64,000 bases of DNA from Bacilli bacterium (GTDB lineage Bacteria; Bacillota_I; Bacilli_A; ML615J-28; CAG-698), in contig JBMNLZ010000002.1 in the NCBI GenBank assembly GCA_050953065.1, forward strand, positions 352,001 to 416,000. Direction: 5' to 3'. The position numbers and the translations under genes were made by a program. Each line of letters begins with the position of its first letter. Positions within the stretch are counted from its first letter, which is position 1. Shown here in pieces: positions 29,702 to 40,676 of the stretch. The notes beneath the pieces were generated by a model. That model saw only the letters and a list, made by a program, of their open reading frames with translations. It made no database searches and was not told the DNA's origin.

Positions 29702-30403
29702 ATGCAAAAAATAGATAAAAATAGTTTGCCTAAACATGTTGCTATTATAATGGATGGTAATGGTAGATGGGCAAAAAAAAGAGGTATGCCAAGAAATTTA
29801 GGGCATAAAGCAGGAGCTAAAAGATTGGTTGATATAATTATTTATGCTAATAAGATAGGAATAAAATATCTTACTTGCTTTGCTTTTTCTACTGAAAATT
29901 GGAATCGTCCAAAAGAAGAAGTTGATTATTTGATGAAACTACCTTTAGAGTTTTTTGAGGAAAACGAACAGATGATTCAAGATAATGATATAAAGGTAAG
30001 TTTTATTGGCTTTGATGAAAAGATAAATAAAGAATTATTAGATAAAAAACGAGATATTATTAAAAAAACTAAAAATAATAAAGGCTTAAATTTTATCTTA
30101 GCTTTTAATTATGGAAGTCAAGCTGAAATAATTAATGCAGTTAATAAAATAATTAAAGATAAATTATTAGTAATTGATAAAGAAATAATGGAATCTTATT
30201 TACTTACTAAAGGGATACCTGATGTTGATTTATTAATTAGAACAAGTAATGAATTAAGAATAAGTAACTTTTTGCTTTGGCAAATTTCATATGCTGAACT
30301 TTATTTTACAAAGAAACTTTGGCCAGATTTTACAGAAAAGGAATTTGATAAAGCACTAAAAGAATATCTTAAAAGAGAAAGACGATATGGTAAGGTAGAA
30401 TAA
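29702..30403 (+). CDS. uppS: Isoprenyl transferase (undecaprenyl-PP synthase family)
   Basis: HVAIIMDGNGRWA, FSTENWNR, DLLIRTS, RISNFLLWQ. Confidence 0.96.
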   Translation: MQKIDKNSLPKHVAIIMDGNGRWAKKRGMPRNLGHKAGAKRLVDIIIYANKIGIKYLTCFAFSTENWNRPKEEVDYLMKLPLEFFEENEQMIQDNDIKVSFIGFDEKINKELLDKKRDIIKKTKNNKGLNFILAFNYGSQAEIINAVNKIIKDKLLVIDKEIMESYLLTKGIPDVDLLIRTSNELRISNFLLWQISYAELYFTKKLWPDFTEKEFDKALKEYLKRERRYGKVE

Positions 30404-30411
30404 AAGATAAT

Positions 30412-31320
30412 ATGAAAACAAGAATTATTACAGGTATAGTATTAGGAGTTATAATTATTCCATTGGTAGTTATAGCAGGAATTCCATTTTTGATATTAGG
30501 AATAGTTTTAAGTATGATTGCATCTTTTGAGATGATGAATATGTTTTATACTAAGTCTGAGGCTTTAAAGATAGTTAGATATATTGTACCAGCTTTAACG
30601 GGAATTTTAACTTTTATGGTTTGGTATGTGAATGTTGAGTTAGTGGCAGAAGAACCAAGTGTTTTTGCTAATCAGTTTTGGTTGGTTGTGGTGTTTTTAT
30701 CTTGTATAGTTGTAATTGCTACAATTTTGATTTTTACAAAACATTCAACAGCTCATGATATTGCTAATTCAATTATGGCACTTTGTTATACAGGCTTAAT
30801 TATGGGTTATGTTATTAGTATTAGATATTTAACTCCAGTTGGAACATCAGAATATTTTGAAACCAACTTTTGGGGCGGAAGAACAATGGCATATTTGTTT
30901 ATCATAGTTGTTTGTACTGATACTTTTGCCTATTTCTTTGGATGCAGGTTTGGTAAACATCAATTATGTCCTGAGATAAGTCCAAAAAAATCTATTGAAG
31001 GAGCAATATCTGGAACTGTTTTTGGATCAATTGCAGGAGTTTTAAGTGCTTATATTATGAATATTATTAAAGTAGATAATTTAAAAACTGCGATTATTAC
31101 TGCAATAGTAATCTTCTTTATATCAATGTTTTTATCTATCATGGCTCAAGTTGGTGATTTAGTAGCATCTAAATTTAAAAGAACCTATGAGATAAAAGAT
31201 TTCGGGAAAATATTTCCAGGCCATGGAGGAGTTTTAGATAGATTTGATAGTATGATATGGGCAGGGGCGTGTCTTTATATTATTACTCAAATTATCCAAC
31301 TTGGTTTACTTAATTCATAA
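30412..31320 (+). CDS. cdsA: Phosphatidate cytidylyltransferase
   Basis: DTFAYFFG, ISPKKSIEG, GDLVASKFKR...KDFG...PGHGGVLDRFD. Confidence 0.96.
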   Translation: MKTRIITGIVLGVIIIPLVVIAGIPFLILGIVLSMIASFEMMNMFYTKSEALKIVRYIVPALTGILTFMVWYVNVELVAEEPSVFANQFWLVVVFLSCIVVIATILIFTKHSTAHDIANSIMALCYTGLIMGYVISIRYLTPVGTSEYFETNFWGGRTMAYLFIIVVCTDTFAYFFGCRFGKHQLCPEISPKKSIEGAISGTVFGSIAGVLSAYIMNIIKVDNLKTAIITAIVIFFISMFLSIMAQVGDLVASKFKRTYEIKDFGKIFPGHGGVLDRFDSMIWAGACLYIITQIIQLGLLNS

Positions 31321-31335
31321 AAGGAATAAATAAAA

Positions 31336-32493
31336 ATGAAAGATGTTTATTTGTTGGGGGCAACTGGTTCAATCGGAAAACAAACACTTGAAATATTAAG
31401 AGAAAATAAAAATGCATTTTCTTTGAAAGCAGTTAGTTGTTTTAGTAATATAGTATTGTTAAGAGAAATTATAGAAGAGTTTCGTCCTCAATATGCTTGT
31501 GTTGGAAAAGAAGTAGATAAGTTTAGTTTAGAAAAAGAATTTAAATTTTTGAAATGTTTTTCAGGAGAAGATGGTCTTATTAGTTTAGTTTCAAGTGGAG
31601 AAAAGGGTGGAGTGTTAGTTAATGCGATTGTAGGGATTGCAGGATTAATGCCGACTGTTAAAGCAATTGAAAATAAAAGAGATATTTTACTAGCTAATAA
31701 AGAAACTTTAGTTACAGCTGGTAAAATAATCAAAGATTTAATAAAGAAACATAATGTTAAATTAATTCCAATTGATAGTGAACACAGTGCAATTTTTCAA
31801 TGTTTACTTAACAGTAAAATTGAAGATGTTTTAAGTCTTATTATTACTGCAAGTGGTGGTGCTTTTAGAGATAAGAAAAGAGAAGAACTTGAAAATGTTA
31901 CTGTTAAAGAGGCACTTAATCATCCTAATTGGTCAATGGGCAAAAAGATTACAATTGATAGTGCAACAATGGTAAATAAGGGATTAGAAGTAATTGAGGC
32001 TCATTTTCTATTTGATATAGAATATGATAAAATAAAAACTATTCTACATAAAGAAAGTATTATTCATTCAATGGTTGAATTTGTTGATGGAAGTATTATG
32101 GCTCAACTTGGCATTCCTGATATGAGAATTCCAATTCAATATGCTTTGTTTTATCCAGAAAGAAAGAATTTTTTTAATGTAGAAAGATTAAACTTTTCAA
32201 AACTTAAAAATTTAAGTTTTGAAGAATTAGATTTAAAAAGGTTTCCTTGTTTAGAGTTAGCATATTGGTGCGGTAAAAATGAAGGTATTTTACCGGTTGT
32301 ATATAATGCTAGTAATGAGGCTGCAGTTAAACTTTTTCTAGATGAAAAAATTAAATTTTTAGAAATAGAAAAAATAATTTTTGCTGCAGTAAAAGCAACT
32401 AAAAATATTAAGAATCCAACTTTAGAAGAAATTCTAAAGATAGATAAATTAGTAAAGGATAACATTTATAAAATGTATGAGGTGAGGAAATGA
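31336..32493 (+). CDS. dxr: 1-deoxy-D-xylulose 5-phosphate reductoisomerase
   Basis: LGATGSIG, LANKETLV, PIDSEHSA, HPNWSMGKKITIDSATMVNKGLE. Confidence 0.97.
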   Translation: MKDVYLLGATGSIGKQTLEILRENKNAFSLKAVSCFSNIVLLREIIEEFRPQYACVGKEVDKFSLEKEFKFLKCFSGEDGLISLVSSGEKGGVLVNAIVGIAGLMPTVKAIENKRDILLANKETLVTAGKIIKDLIKKHNVKLIPIDSEHSAIFQCLLNSKIEDVLSLIITASGGAFRDKKREELENVTVKEALNHPNWSMGKKITIDSATMVNKGLEVIEAHFLFDIEYDKIKTILHKESIIHSMVEFVDGSIMAQLGIPDMRIPIQYALFYPERKNFFNVERLNFSKLKNLSFEELDLKRFPCLELAYWCGKNEGILPVVYNASNEAAVKLFLDEKIKFLEIEKIIFAAVKATKNIKNPTLEEILKIDKLVKDNIYKMYEVRK

Positions 32494-34229
32494 TTTTACT
32501 AACTTTTGGACAAATATTAGTAGGAATGTTAGTATTTGTTTTTGTATTAGGTTCAATCATAGCAATTCATGAAGGAGGACATTTTTATTTTGCAGTAAAA
32601 GCAAAAGTCCTTTGTAGGGAATATGCTTTTGGAATGGGACCTATTTTATGGAAAAAGAAAAAAGGTGAAACATTATATACAATTAGAGCTTTTCCAATTG
32701 GTGGATTTTGTGCCATTGCAGGGGAAGTTTTAGAAGATGATCCACTTAAAGATAATAAAAATGTAAGATTAGAAATAGTAGATAATGTTGTTAAAAATAT
32801 TTATACAGATATTGATAATCCAAAATATAATGAAATACCTTTATATGAAGTTATAAGTTATGATATCTTTGATGAAAAAGAAACTGGAAATTTGTTTATT
32901 GTTGTAAAAGAAGAAGAATCAGAAATCGAATATAAAGTAGATCCTCAAGCTTTTGTTCATGAAAGAAAAATTGAATATCAAATAGCTCCATATAATAGAA
33001 CACTAAATTCAAAAACAAAAAAAGAACGTGCTATGGTAATGTTTGGTGGGTCGCTTATGAATATTTTATTAGCCATTTTTGTTTTCTTTTTAGCAGGGCT
33101 TATTCAAGGCTTTCCAAATCAAAACTCTAGAATTATTACAGATGTTGATGAATATTCACCAATTTATTATGCAACAAACGTTGATGATTTAAGTGAAGCA
33201 GGTTTAAGGAATGGTGATGAAATCATTCATTTAAGAACTAATAATTTAAGTATTCAAAAAGAAGTTAGAACTTGGACTGATTTAAGAGAGTTTATGGATA
33301 GTTTTTCAGAAGACTTAACTAGTACAAGTATTATTATTACTTATATTAGAGATGGTGTTGAATATGATGCAATGATGCATCCTCAATATGTTCTTTATAA
33401 TGCTGGTATTAGTAGTAATTATTTATCTACTACTCCAGGAGAGGTTGCTAGAGTTTCAAAATTTTCTGGTAAATCTGGTGATAATTCTCAAATTAAAGAA
33501 GGAGATATTATCAGAGGAATTGATGGAGTGTATATTAGTAGTTGGAAAGAGATTTATGATGCTTTTTATAATAATCTAGAAGGTGATACAATGACTGTAA
33601 TTATTGATAAAGCTAATTATAGGACAGATTCAGATGGGAATCCATTAGATGAAGATTATATTAAAACAAGTATCTCAAAAAAACCTGTTTATATTGAATC
33701 ATATACTAATGATGTTTCTATTGAAATAACACCATATCCGAATGCTTTATTAGAGGCTCAACCTTCAATTACTGGGGATGAGTTTTCAAGAGGAATTGTT
33801 TTATTAGGGGTTTCTCCTGAATATAGTTTTAGTTTAGGTCAAAGTGGCTTATATGCTTTAAAACAAACTAAAAATGGTTGTTTAATGATTGCTAGAACTT
33901 TGAAGTTATTATTTGCTAGTGAAAAAGTTGGTGTTAGAGATTTAAGTGGACCAGTTGGTATCTTTAGTTTATTAACTATAATCTCTACTCAAGGTCTTGC
34001 AATGATTCTTTTTTGGCTTGGAATTTTAAGTATTAATATTGGCCTTTTGAACCTTTTACCAGTTCCTGCATTAGATGGTGGAAGACTTTTGTTTTTAGGG
34101 TATGAGGCTATTACTAATAAAAAACCTAATCAACAGGTAGAAACTATTTTAATAACTATCACGATGGTTCTTTTAATGGGCTTGATGGTTTATGTTACAT
34201 TCAATGATATAGTTGGATTATTTAAATAA
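32490..34229 (+). CDS. rseP: RIP metalloprotease RseP (M50) with expanded PDZ region
   Basis: HEGGH, FGMGP, PIGGF, LSGPVGI, NLLPVPALDGG; follows dxr. Confidence 0.9.
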   Translation: MILLTFGQILVGMLVFVFVLGSIIAIHEGGHFYFAVKAKVLCREYAFGMGPILWKKKKGETLYTIRAFPIGGFCAIAGEVLEDDPLKDNKNVRLEIVDNVVKNIYTDIDNPKYNEIPLYEVISYDIFDEKETGNLFIVVKEEESEIEYKVDPQAFVHERKIEYQIAPYNRTLNSKTKKERAMVMFGGSLMNILLAIFVFFLAGLIQGFPNQNSRIITDVDEYSPIYYATNVDDLSEAGLRNGDEIIHLRTNNLSIQKEVRTWTDLREFMDSFSEDLTSTSIIITYIRDGVEYDAMMHPQYVLYNAGISSNYLSTTPGEVARVSKFSGKSGDNSQIKEGDIIRGIDGVYISSWKEIYDAFYNNLEGDTMTVIIDKANYRTDSDGNPLDEDYIKTSISKKPVYIESYTNDVSIEITPYPNALLEAQPSITGDEFSRGIVLLGVSPEYSFSLGQSGLYALKQTKNGCLMIARTLKLLFASEKVGVRDLSGPVGIFSLLTIISTQGLAMILFWLGILSINIGLLNLLPVPALDGGRLLFLGYEAITNKKPNQQVETILITITMVLLMGLMVYVTFNDIVGLFK

Positions 34230-34240
34230 AGGTGAAGTGT

Positions 34241-35380
34241 ATGAAAGGTTTTAAAAACGTTAATTTATATTTAGGCGATAAAAGGATAGTTAAAACATCT
34301 TTATTAATAGAAAATGGAAAGATTAAAAAAATTGGTGATTTAATAGAAAATGACTTAATCTCATTAGATGATGATTTAGTAGTTGTTCCTGGTTTTATTG
34401 ATAAACATGTTCATGGTGCTAATAATTCTGATGGAATGTATCCAACATTTGAAGATATTGAAAATATCGCAGTAACAATTCCTAAAGAAGGAGTTGCGAG
34501 TTTTCTTGCAACTACGATGACTCAAACAGAAGAAGAGATTGATAAAGCATTAGTAAATATTAATGATTATATTAAAAAACAATCTAAAGGTGCAGAAGTA
34601 ATAGGGATTCATTTAGAAGGGCCATTTATTTCTAAAAAGCATAAAGGTGCTCAAGTAGAATCTGCGATTGTTCCTTGTTCTGTTGAGCAGTTTAAACATT
34701 ATCAAAAAAAAGCAGGAGATAACATTAGACAAGTTACTTTAGCATATGAGGAAAATGGCGAAGAGTTAATTAAATATTTAGTTAAGAATAATATTGTAGC
34801 ATCACTTGGTCATACTGATGCAACAAGTGCACAAGTAAAAGAAGCGGTTAAAGCTGGAGCAACTTCAGTTACTCACTGCTTTAATGCGATGAAAGGACTT
34901 CATCATAGAGAAGCAGGAACAGTTGGTGGAAGTATGCTTTGTGATGAATTATATTGTGAGTTGATTGCTGATTTAATACATGTAAGTCCTGATGCAATTA
35001 GAATATTATTTAAGACTAAAGGAAAAGATAGAATCGTTTTAATTACGGATGCTATGGAAGCTAAACATTTACCAGATGGTGAATATAGTTTAGGTGGACA
35101 GAAAGTATTTGTTAAAGATGGGGCTGCAAGGCTTGCTGATGGGACTTTAGCTGGATCAACTTTAACGATGGATGTAGCAATGCGTAATATAAAAGAAGTT
35201 ATGGGAATGAATTATTTAGAGGTAGTTGATTTAGCTACTGTTAATCCTGCTAAGAATTTAAAAATAGATCATAAAAAAGGTTATATCAAAGAAGGATATG
35301 ATGCTGATTTTACTGTAATTAATAGTAATTTTGAAATATTTAAAACGATTAGTAAAGGTAAAATAATTTATGAAAAATAA
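34241..35380 (+). CDS. nagA: N-acetylglucosamine-6-phosphate deacetylase
   Basis: PGFIDKHVHG, HLEGPF, THCFNAM, LITDAM, LAGSTL. Confidence 0.95.
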   Translation: MKGFKNVNLYLGDKRIVKTSLLIENGKIKKIGDLIENDLISLDDDLVVVPGFIDKHVHGANNSDGMYPTFEDIENIAVTIPKEGVASFLATTMTQTEEEIDKALVNINDYIKKQSKGAEVIGIHLEGPFISKKHKGAQVESAIVPCSVEQFKHYQKKAGDNIRQVTLAYEENGEELIKYLVKNNIVASLGHTDATSAQVKEAVKAGATSVTHCFNAMKGLHHREAGTVGGSMLCDELYCELIADLIHVSPDAIRILFKTKGKDRIVLITDAMEAKHLPDGEYSLGGQKVFVKDGAARLADGTLAGSTLTMDVAMRNIKEVMGMNYLEVVDLATVNPAKNLKIDHKKGYIKEGYDADFTVINSNFEIFKTISKGKIIYEK

Positions 35381-35422
35381 TTCATTTTAAAAAAACAAAC
35401 CCTTTAGATAGTTTAGGGTAAA

Positions 35423-35459
35423 AAAAATACTCTATGCCAAATTGGTATGGAGTATTTTT
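35423..35459 (+). terminator. Rho-independent terminator
   Basis: aaaatactctatgccaa / ttggtatggagtatttt with G-U pairs. Confidence 0.65.
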
Positions 35460-35692
35460 AATTGAGTATATAAAGAAACTAGTGATTGTTACTAACGTCT
35501 TTAAAGACTCATCTTCACACATATAAAAAGAGCTCTTTATTATATAATTCTAGTGCTATTTTAAAATTTAAAAAGGAATTCTTTTGAAATACAATATTAT
35601 AAATTAAGGAAAATCTTTTCTTTATTTTAGGAAAAGTTGTCAAAAGTATAGTAAGACTATTTTTTTATGAAAATAAATATCTATGAAAAACA

Positions 35693-36322
35693 TTGGGATC
35701 ACCCCAAAGAGATGAATATTTAGATTATCCTAAAAGAGCATTAAGAGAAGTGATAGTTAATTGCTATTGCCATGGAGATTGGACTTTGAGTGGAGATATT
35801 AAAATAGAGTTTTATGATGATAGAGTTCAAATATTTTCTCCTGGGAGTCTACCTGATGGACTAATTTTAGAAAATATAAAAGAAGGTATGTCTGCTAAAA
35901 GAAATCCAATTATTGTAAACGCATTAGATAAAGCTGATTATATTGAAAACTATTCTACAGGATTAAGAAGAATCTTTGAAGATTACATCGATTTTCATAA
36001 AAAACCACACTTTAGTATTTCAGATAATGGTGATATAGTTATACTTTATAATAGGAATTATGATGACAATCAAGAAACGCATATCGTACATGATGTGCAA
36101 AGTGATGTGCAAAATAAAATAAAAATTTTAAAAACTGTTGAAAAAAGAAAAATGATAATAAAAATGATTGTTAATAATGTTGAAATTACTATAGATGATA
36201 TGTGCAAAGCATTAGGAGTTTCAAGATCAACAATAGAAAGAGACTTATCTTATTTGAGAAGACAAGGAGAAGTTAAATATGTTGGTAGTGCTAAAACTGG
36301 CAAGTGGCTTGTTTTAAAGTAA
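35693..36322 (+). pseudogene. N-terminally truncated ATP-binding/transcription regulator (HATPase_c_4/RecG-C-like plus C-terminal HTH)
   Basis: Begins abruptly at 'DYPKRALREVIVNCYCHGDW...DRVQIFSPGSLP...RNPII'; HTH 'SRSTIERDLSYL...VGSAKTGKW'; TTG start without RBS; the usual N-terminal AlbA_2-type domain is absent. Confidence 0.65.
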
Positions 36323-36440
36323 TTTAATGAAAAATCGAACTACTTAATAGGGAATGAACTTAAAAAATAAAACAGCCTTTTCAAAAGGCGCATACTTTGG
36401 AGCTTTTCTTTTTTTAATTAACTGGTGATTTGAATTAGAA

Positions 36441-36485
36441 TTCTACTCGAAAAACTCTTGATTTTTTTTAGTTTTTCGAGTAGAA
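36441..36485. repeat. Perfect 16-bp inverted repeat
   Basis: ttctactcgaaaaact-13 nt-agtttttcgagtagaa. Confidence 0.8.
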
Positions 36486-36653
36486 CTTATTTAAAGGGAA
36501 AATGTAATGATAAAAAATTTTTGATTTAAATAAACTTATATCTTATAAGATAAAGATTTGATTAAGGTAATCAACACTATTTATAAAAATAGTGTTTTTT
36601 TAATAACGTTTTTTATGATATAATGAATGTATATGATTTATAAGGAGCTACAA

Positions 36654-38591
36654 ATGAAAAGATTATTTGGATTTGTTTTATTTGGATTATTTATGTTTTT
36701 TAGTTTTGTTAATGTCAAAGCTGCTGTTGTTTGGACAGTACCTCAAACATATGAAGAAAAGATTTTTGAGATGCGTGGAGCTTGGGTTTCAACTGTTTAT
36801 AATATTGATATAGGTAGGCAGATTGGAACAAGCGAGGCTAGTATTCAAAATTATAAAAATGAATACTTGAGTATTTTAGATAAATTTGAAGAATATAATA
36901 TGAATACAGTCTTTTTTCAAGTGAGACCTTGTAATGATACTTTTTATCAATCAGAGATAAATTCTTGGAGTACATATTTAGCTGGTCAAGATGGACTTGA
37001 CCCAGGTTGGGATCCACTTGCTTGGTTAGTTGAGGTAACTCATGCAAGGGGAATGGAATTTCATGCATGGTTAAATCCTTATAGAGCAGCGATGAGTATT
37101 TTAAAAGATGTTACTCCTGATAATTATGAAACTACAATTAATGCTTATTTAAATAGTTTAGGTGAAAAGAATTTTGCTAAACAAAATCCTGATTTATTAG
37201 TAATTGGTGGAGATAGATTATTACTTAATCCCGGTGAACCTGCAGTTAGGAATCATTTAGTTGCAACAATTGAAGAGATTATTTCTAATTATGATGTTGA
37301 TGCAATTCATTTTGATGATTATTTTTATACTAGTGTTAATACATCAGAAGATAAAGCCACATATGAAAAATATAAAGAAGGTTCAATTAGTCAAGCAGAT
37401 TGGAGAAGGCTTCAAGTTGATTTGTTAGTTGAAGAGATTCATAATTTAATTGTTCTTCATAATACAACTAATAACAAGACAGTTGAATTTGGAATTAGTC
37501 CAATGTCTAGTATTTCAGCTACCTATGATAGTCAATATGCTGATGTTGTAAACTGGATTACAGAAGGTTGGATTGACTATGTTGTACCTCAAATGTATCA
37601 AGCGTTAAACGGAAGTTATCATAAACCAAGAACTGCTAATTGGCTAGATGCTGTAAGTGGAACTGATGTTAAAATATATATGGGACTTGGGTCTTATAAT
37701 TTTTCTGTAAACGATGGTAATTGGACAAATACTAATGAGTTGATTGATTCTTTAAGATATCAAGCCCAATTTCCTGAGGTTAAAGGTATTTTCTTTTTCT
37801 CAATGAAAAACTTTGTTTTACCAGAAAACGTATATATGCAAGAAGCAGTGGAAAAGATAAAAAGTTATTGGACTCATAAAACATTAGGTTTTGATTTTGA
37901 AGAAGTTTCAAGTTATAATTTAACAGTTCCTAATATTTTTGTGACTAGAGAAAATAGACAAGTTAAAATTACATTTAATAAAGTAGATGATGCTTTAGGT
38001 TATGCACTTTATGCTTTTGATGAAGGAGAAGAAAAAGATTATTCTAATAGTAATATTGTTGAAATAGTAAGAAACGATAAACCAGCATATGAGATTAACT
38101 TACAAATGTTAGCATATAGAGACTATACTTTTGGAATAAAAATAATTTATAAGGACGGACAGTTAAGTGAAGATTACAAAGAAGTCTTTGCTGAAAAGAA
38201 TTCCTTCAATGCAGCGCCAGAAATTAGTAATGTGCGTTTTAATGTAGGCCGTAAGTATTTTACTTTTGCTGAAACTGTTAATATTTTAGGAAAAGTAATT
38301 GATGCAAATGAAGATAATGTAAATGTAAGTATTTTAGTTTCTACTAATGGAACTACTTATTCTTATAATTTTAAGGCTACAGTAACAGGAGAACAATTTA
38401 GTTATGCTTGGCGTGTACCATCTTTAAGGACTTCAAGTGCGAAGATAAAAATTGTTGCTAGTGATGGTCTTTTAGAAAGTGAATATATAATTGATAATAT
38501 TGTGATTAGAGATTATGTATCAGATGCAGTAATTATCTTAGATAAAATCTATGTAAATTATGATCAGATTTTAAAAGAAATGCTAAGGTAA
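36654..38591 (+). CDS. Secreted glycoside hydrolase-like protein, GHL10 (DUF187/YddW-like) family
   Basis: Signal peptide; EMRGAWVSTVYNID, NTVFFQVRP, DPL...HARGMEFHAWLNPYR, LNPGEP, YDVDAIHFDDYFY, WIDYVVPQMY. Confidence 0.88.
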   Translation: MKRLFGFVLFGLFMFFSFVNVKAAVVWTVPQTYEEKIFEMRGAWVSTVYNIDIGRQIGTSEASIQNYKNEYLSILDKFEEYNMNTVFFQVRPCNDTFYQSEINSWSTYLAGQDGLDPGWDPLAWLVEVTHARGMEFHAWLNPYRAAMSILKDVTPDNYETTINAYLNSLGEKNFAKQNPDLLVIGGDRLLLNPGEPAVRNHLVATIEEIISNYDVDAIHFDDYFYTSVNTSEDKATYEKYKEGSISQADWRRLQVDLLVEEIHNLIVLHNTTNNKTVEFGISPMSSISATYDSQYADVVNWITEGWIDYVVPQMYQALNGSYHKPRTANWLDAVSGTDVKIYMGLGSYNFSVNDGNWTNTNELIDSLRYQAQFPEVKGIFFFSMKNFVLPENVYMQEAVEKIKSYWTHKTLGFDFEEVSSYNLTVPNIFVTRENRQVKITFNKVDDALGYALYAFDEGEEKDYSNSNIVEIVRNDKPAYEINLQMLAYRDYTFGIKIIYKDGQLSEDYKEVFAEKNSFNAAPEISNVRFNVGRKYFTFAETVNILGKVIDANEDNVNVSILVSTNGTTYSYNFKATVTGEQFSYAWRVPSLRTSSAKIKIVASDGLLESEYIIDNIVIRDYVSDAVIILDKIYVNYDQILKEMLR

Positions 38592-38597
38592 GAAAGC

Positions 38598-39263
38598 ATG
38601 CTTTTAAAGATAGTATTTATAATTGTTTCAATTGCAATTGCTTCTATTTTTGTTTTAGTAATTAATCGTGCAATAAAAGATAAAAATATAAAACAAAAAT
38701 TTATCATTAATCTAATTATTACATTAAGTTTATTGCTTCTATTTTTGTTTTCATTTTTGATTGATTTAAATTTAGGAGTGATTAAACTTAATAGTTATTT
38801 ATATTTTGCTTTACCTTTCTTTGGAGTTTTTTTAATAACAAATTTTGTTTTTTTAGGGTTATATATTAATAAATATAAAGGAATTATCAAGAAAAGAAGA
38901 GAGGATTTAAAAGAAAGATTATATTTAGTGATAAAGAAAGATAAAGATTTTTATTTAGAAGAAACTAAAGAAGGTTTAAAAGGAATTGAGTTTAAGGTTT
39001 CAAAAAGTATAATTTTTCATGATGAAATGCTTAACAAAATAATTAAGAGATTAAACCTAAAAGTTTTAGAAAACGAATATTTAGGTAGTTTTACAGAAAA
39101 TGAAAAAATAAGATTTCATTGTTATTATCTTGAGATTGAAAATGATTTGGAAAATTATAAAAAGATTTATGAAATGGATTTAGTAAATCAAAAATACTTT
39201 AAATTTCATGAAGAGATAATTTATAAAATTATTTTACATCAAGAAATTTCTGAAAGATATTAA
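38598..39263 (+). CDS. Hypothetical membrane protein (3 N-terminal TM segments and a soluble domain)
   Basis: Hydrophobic N-terminus; probably co-transcribed with the GHL10 gene. Confidence 0.65.
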   Translation: MLLKIVFIIVSIAIASIFVLVINRAIKDKNIKQKFIINLIITLSLLLLFLFSFLIDLNLGVIKLNSYLYFALPFFGVFLITNFVFLGLYINKYKGIIKKRREDLKERLYLVIKKDKDFYLEETKEGLKGIEFKVSKSIIFHDEMLNKIIKRLNLKVLENEYLGSFTENEKIRFHCYYLEIENDLENYKKIYEMDLVNQKYFKFHEEIIYKIILHQEISERY

Positions 39264-39292
39264 AAAAACTTGTTTATTTAAAACAAGTTTTT
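39263..39292. terminator. Bidirectional terminator between convergent genes
   Basis: aaaaaacttgttt...aaacaagtttttt. Confidence 0.7.
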
Positions 39293-40539
39293 TATCTTTT
39301 ATAGTCTTTAATTTTATATAAATATTTTTTAGAGATATTACAATTAATGTAGATAAAGTCGCTTTTATAATCAAGCGAATAGATTTCAGCGTTCTTTTTT
39401 AGAAAATTAACTAAAGACATTTCATTATAAGGTAGTTTTAAACTAACATCTAAATGATCATCGTAAATTGTAGCAATTATTAGTTCAATTAGTTTATCTA
39501 TATTTAAATCGTTTTTAGCACTGATGCTAAGGGCTGGATGATATTTTTTTGGAATAAAAAAGTTCGGATCAGCTAAATCAATTTTATTAAAAGCATAGAT
39601 CATTTTAATATCTTTAACACCGATTTCTGAGATTACTTTATTAGTAATTTCAATATGTTCATTCATATCAATGGAAGCATCAACTACATGAAGGATTAAA
39701 GTTGAATCTTGAATTTCTTGTAGGGTTGATTTAAATGATTCAATTAGAGTATGAGGTAGTTTACTAATAAAGCCGATTGTATCAGTAAGTAAGAAGTCTT
39801 TATTGTTTGGAAGTTGGACTAGTCTAGTAGAGGTTTCTAAGGTAGCAAACAACATATTTTTACTTAAGACTTCTTTTTTTAAGGCTTGAGAATATTTTAA
39901 TATGGCATTTAATGTAGTAGATTTTCCGCTATTAGTATAACCTATTAAAGAAACAATTGGAATTTCGCTTTTGATTCTTTTGCTTCTTTGTTGTTTTCTT
40001 AAAAGTGCAAGTTTTTTTAATTCTTTTTTTAAGAAAACTATTTTATTAGAAAGAGTTCTCCTATCTTGTTCTAGGGCAGTTTCTCCGCCTCCCCTACTAT
40101 AAATCTTCCCTGCACCAGCTGTTTGACGAGACAAGTATTTTCTCATACCAACAAGTCTAGGTAACATATATTCAAGGCTGGCGATTTCTACTTGTAGAGA
40201 GGCTTCTTTGGTTTTGGCTCTTGTTTTAAAAATCTCTAAAATTAGATATGTTCTATCATAAATTTTAACTTCTAAAATTTTTTCGATGTTTCTAATTTGA
40301 GAAGCAGTTAATTCATCATTAAAAACAGCAACTGTTAAATCAAGCGAATTAATTGCGATTTTGATTTCTTCTAGTTTACCTTTACCAATATAAGTTTTAG
40401 TATTAATTTTTGAAAGTTTTTGGACTTCTTGATCTAGTACTTCAATATTACAACTTTTACATAATTCTTTTAGCTCGCTCATTTCTTGAGCAATTAAAGT
40501 ATCACCTAAATCAATGCCAATAATGATTGCTTTTTCCAT
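39292..40539 (-). CDS. hflX: Ribosome-splitting GTPase HflX
   Basis: YIGKGKLEEI, LILEIF..RA, GYTNSGKST, LFATL, DTIGF, NKID. Confidence 0.95.
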   Translation of the reverse strand: MEKAIIIGIDLGDTLIAQEMSELKELCKSCNIEVLDQEVQKLSKINTKTYIGKGKLEEIKIAINSLDLTVAVFNDELTASQIRNIEKILEVKIYDRTYLILEIFKTRAKTKEASLQVEIASLEYMLPRLVGMRKYLSRQTAGAGKIYSRGGGETALEQDRRTLSNKIVFLKKELKKLALLRKQQRSKRIKSEIPIVSLIGYTNSGKSTTLNAILKYSQALKKEVLSKNMLFATLETSTRLVQLPNNKDFLLTDTIGFISKLPHTLIESFKSTLQEIQDSTLILHVVDASIDMNEHIEITNKVISEIGVKDIKMIYAFNKIDLADPNFFIPKKYHPALSISAKNDLNIDKLIELIIATIYDDHLDVSLKLPYNEMSLVNFLKKNAEIYSLDYKSDFIYINCNISKKYLYKIKDYKR

Positions 40540-40676
40540 TTAGTCTTCCTTTTAAAATCCATTATTAATTTATTTTATCATAAATAAATTAAAAATAAAA
40601 CTTTATTATAAGTTATACTTGTTTTATTTGATTATTTAGTATAAAATAATAATTGGAAGAAAAGGGGTTTTAAAAT

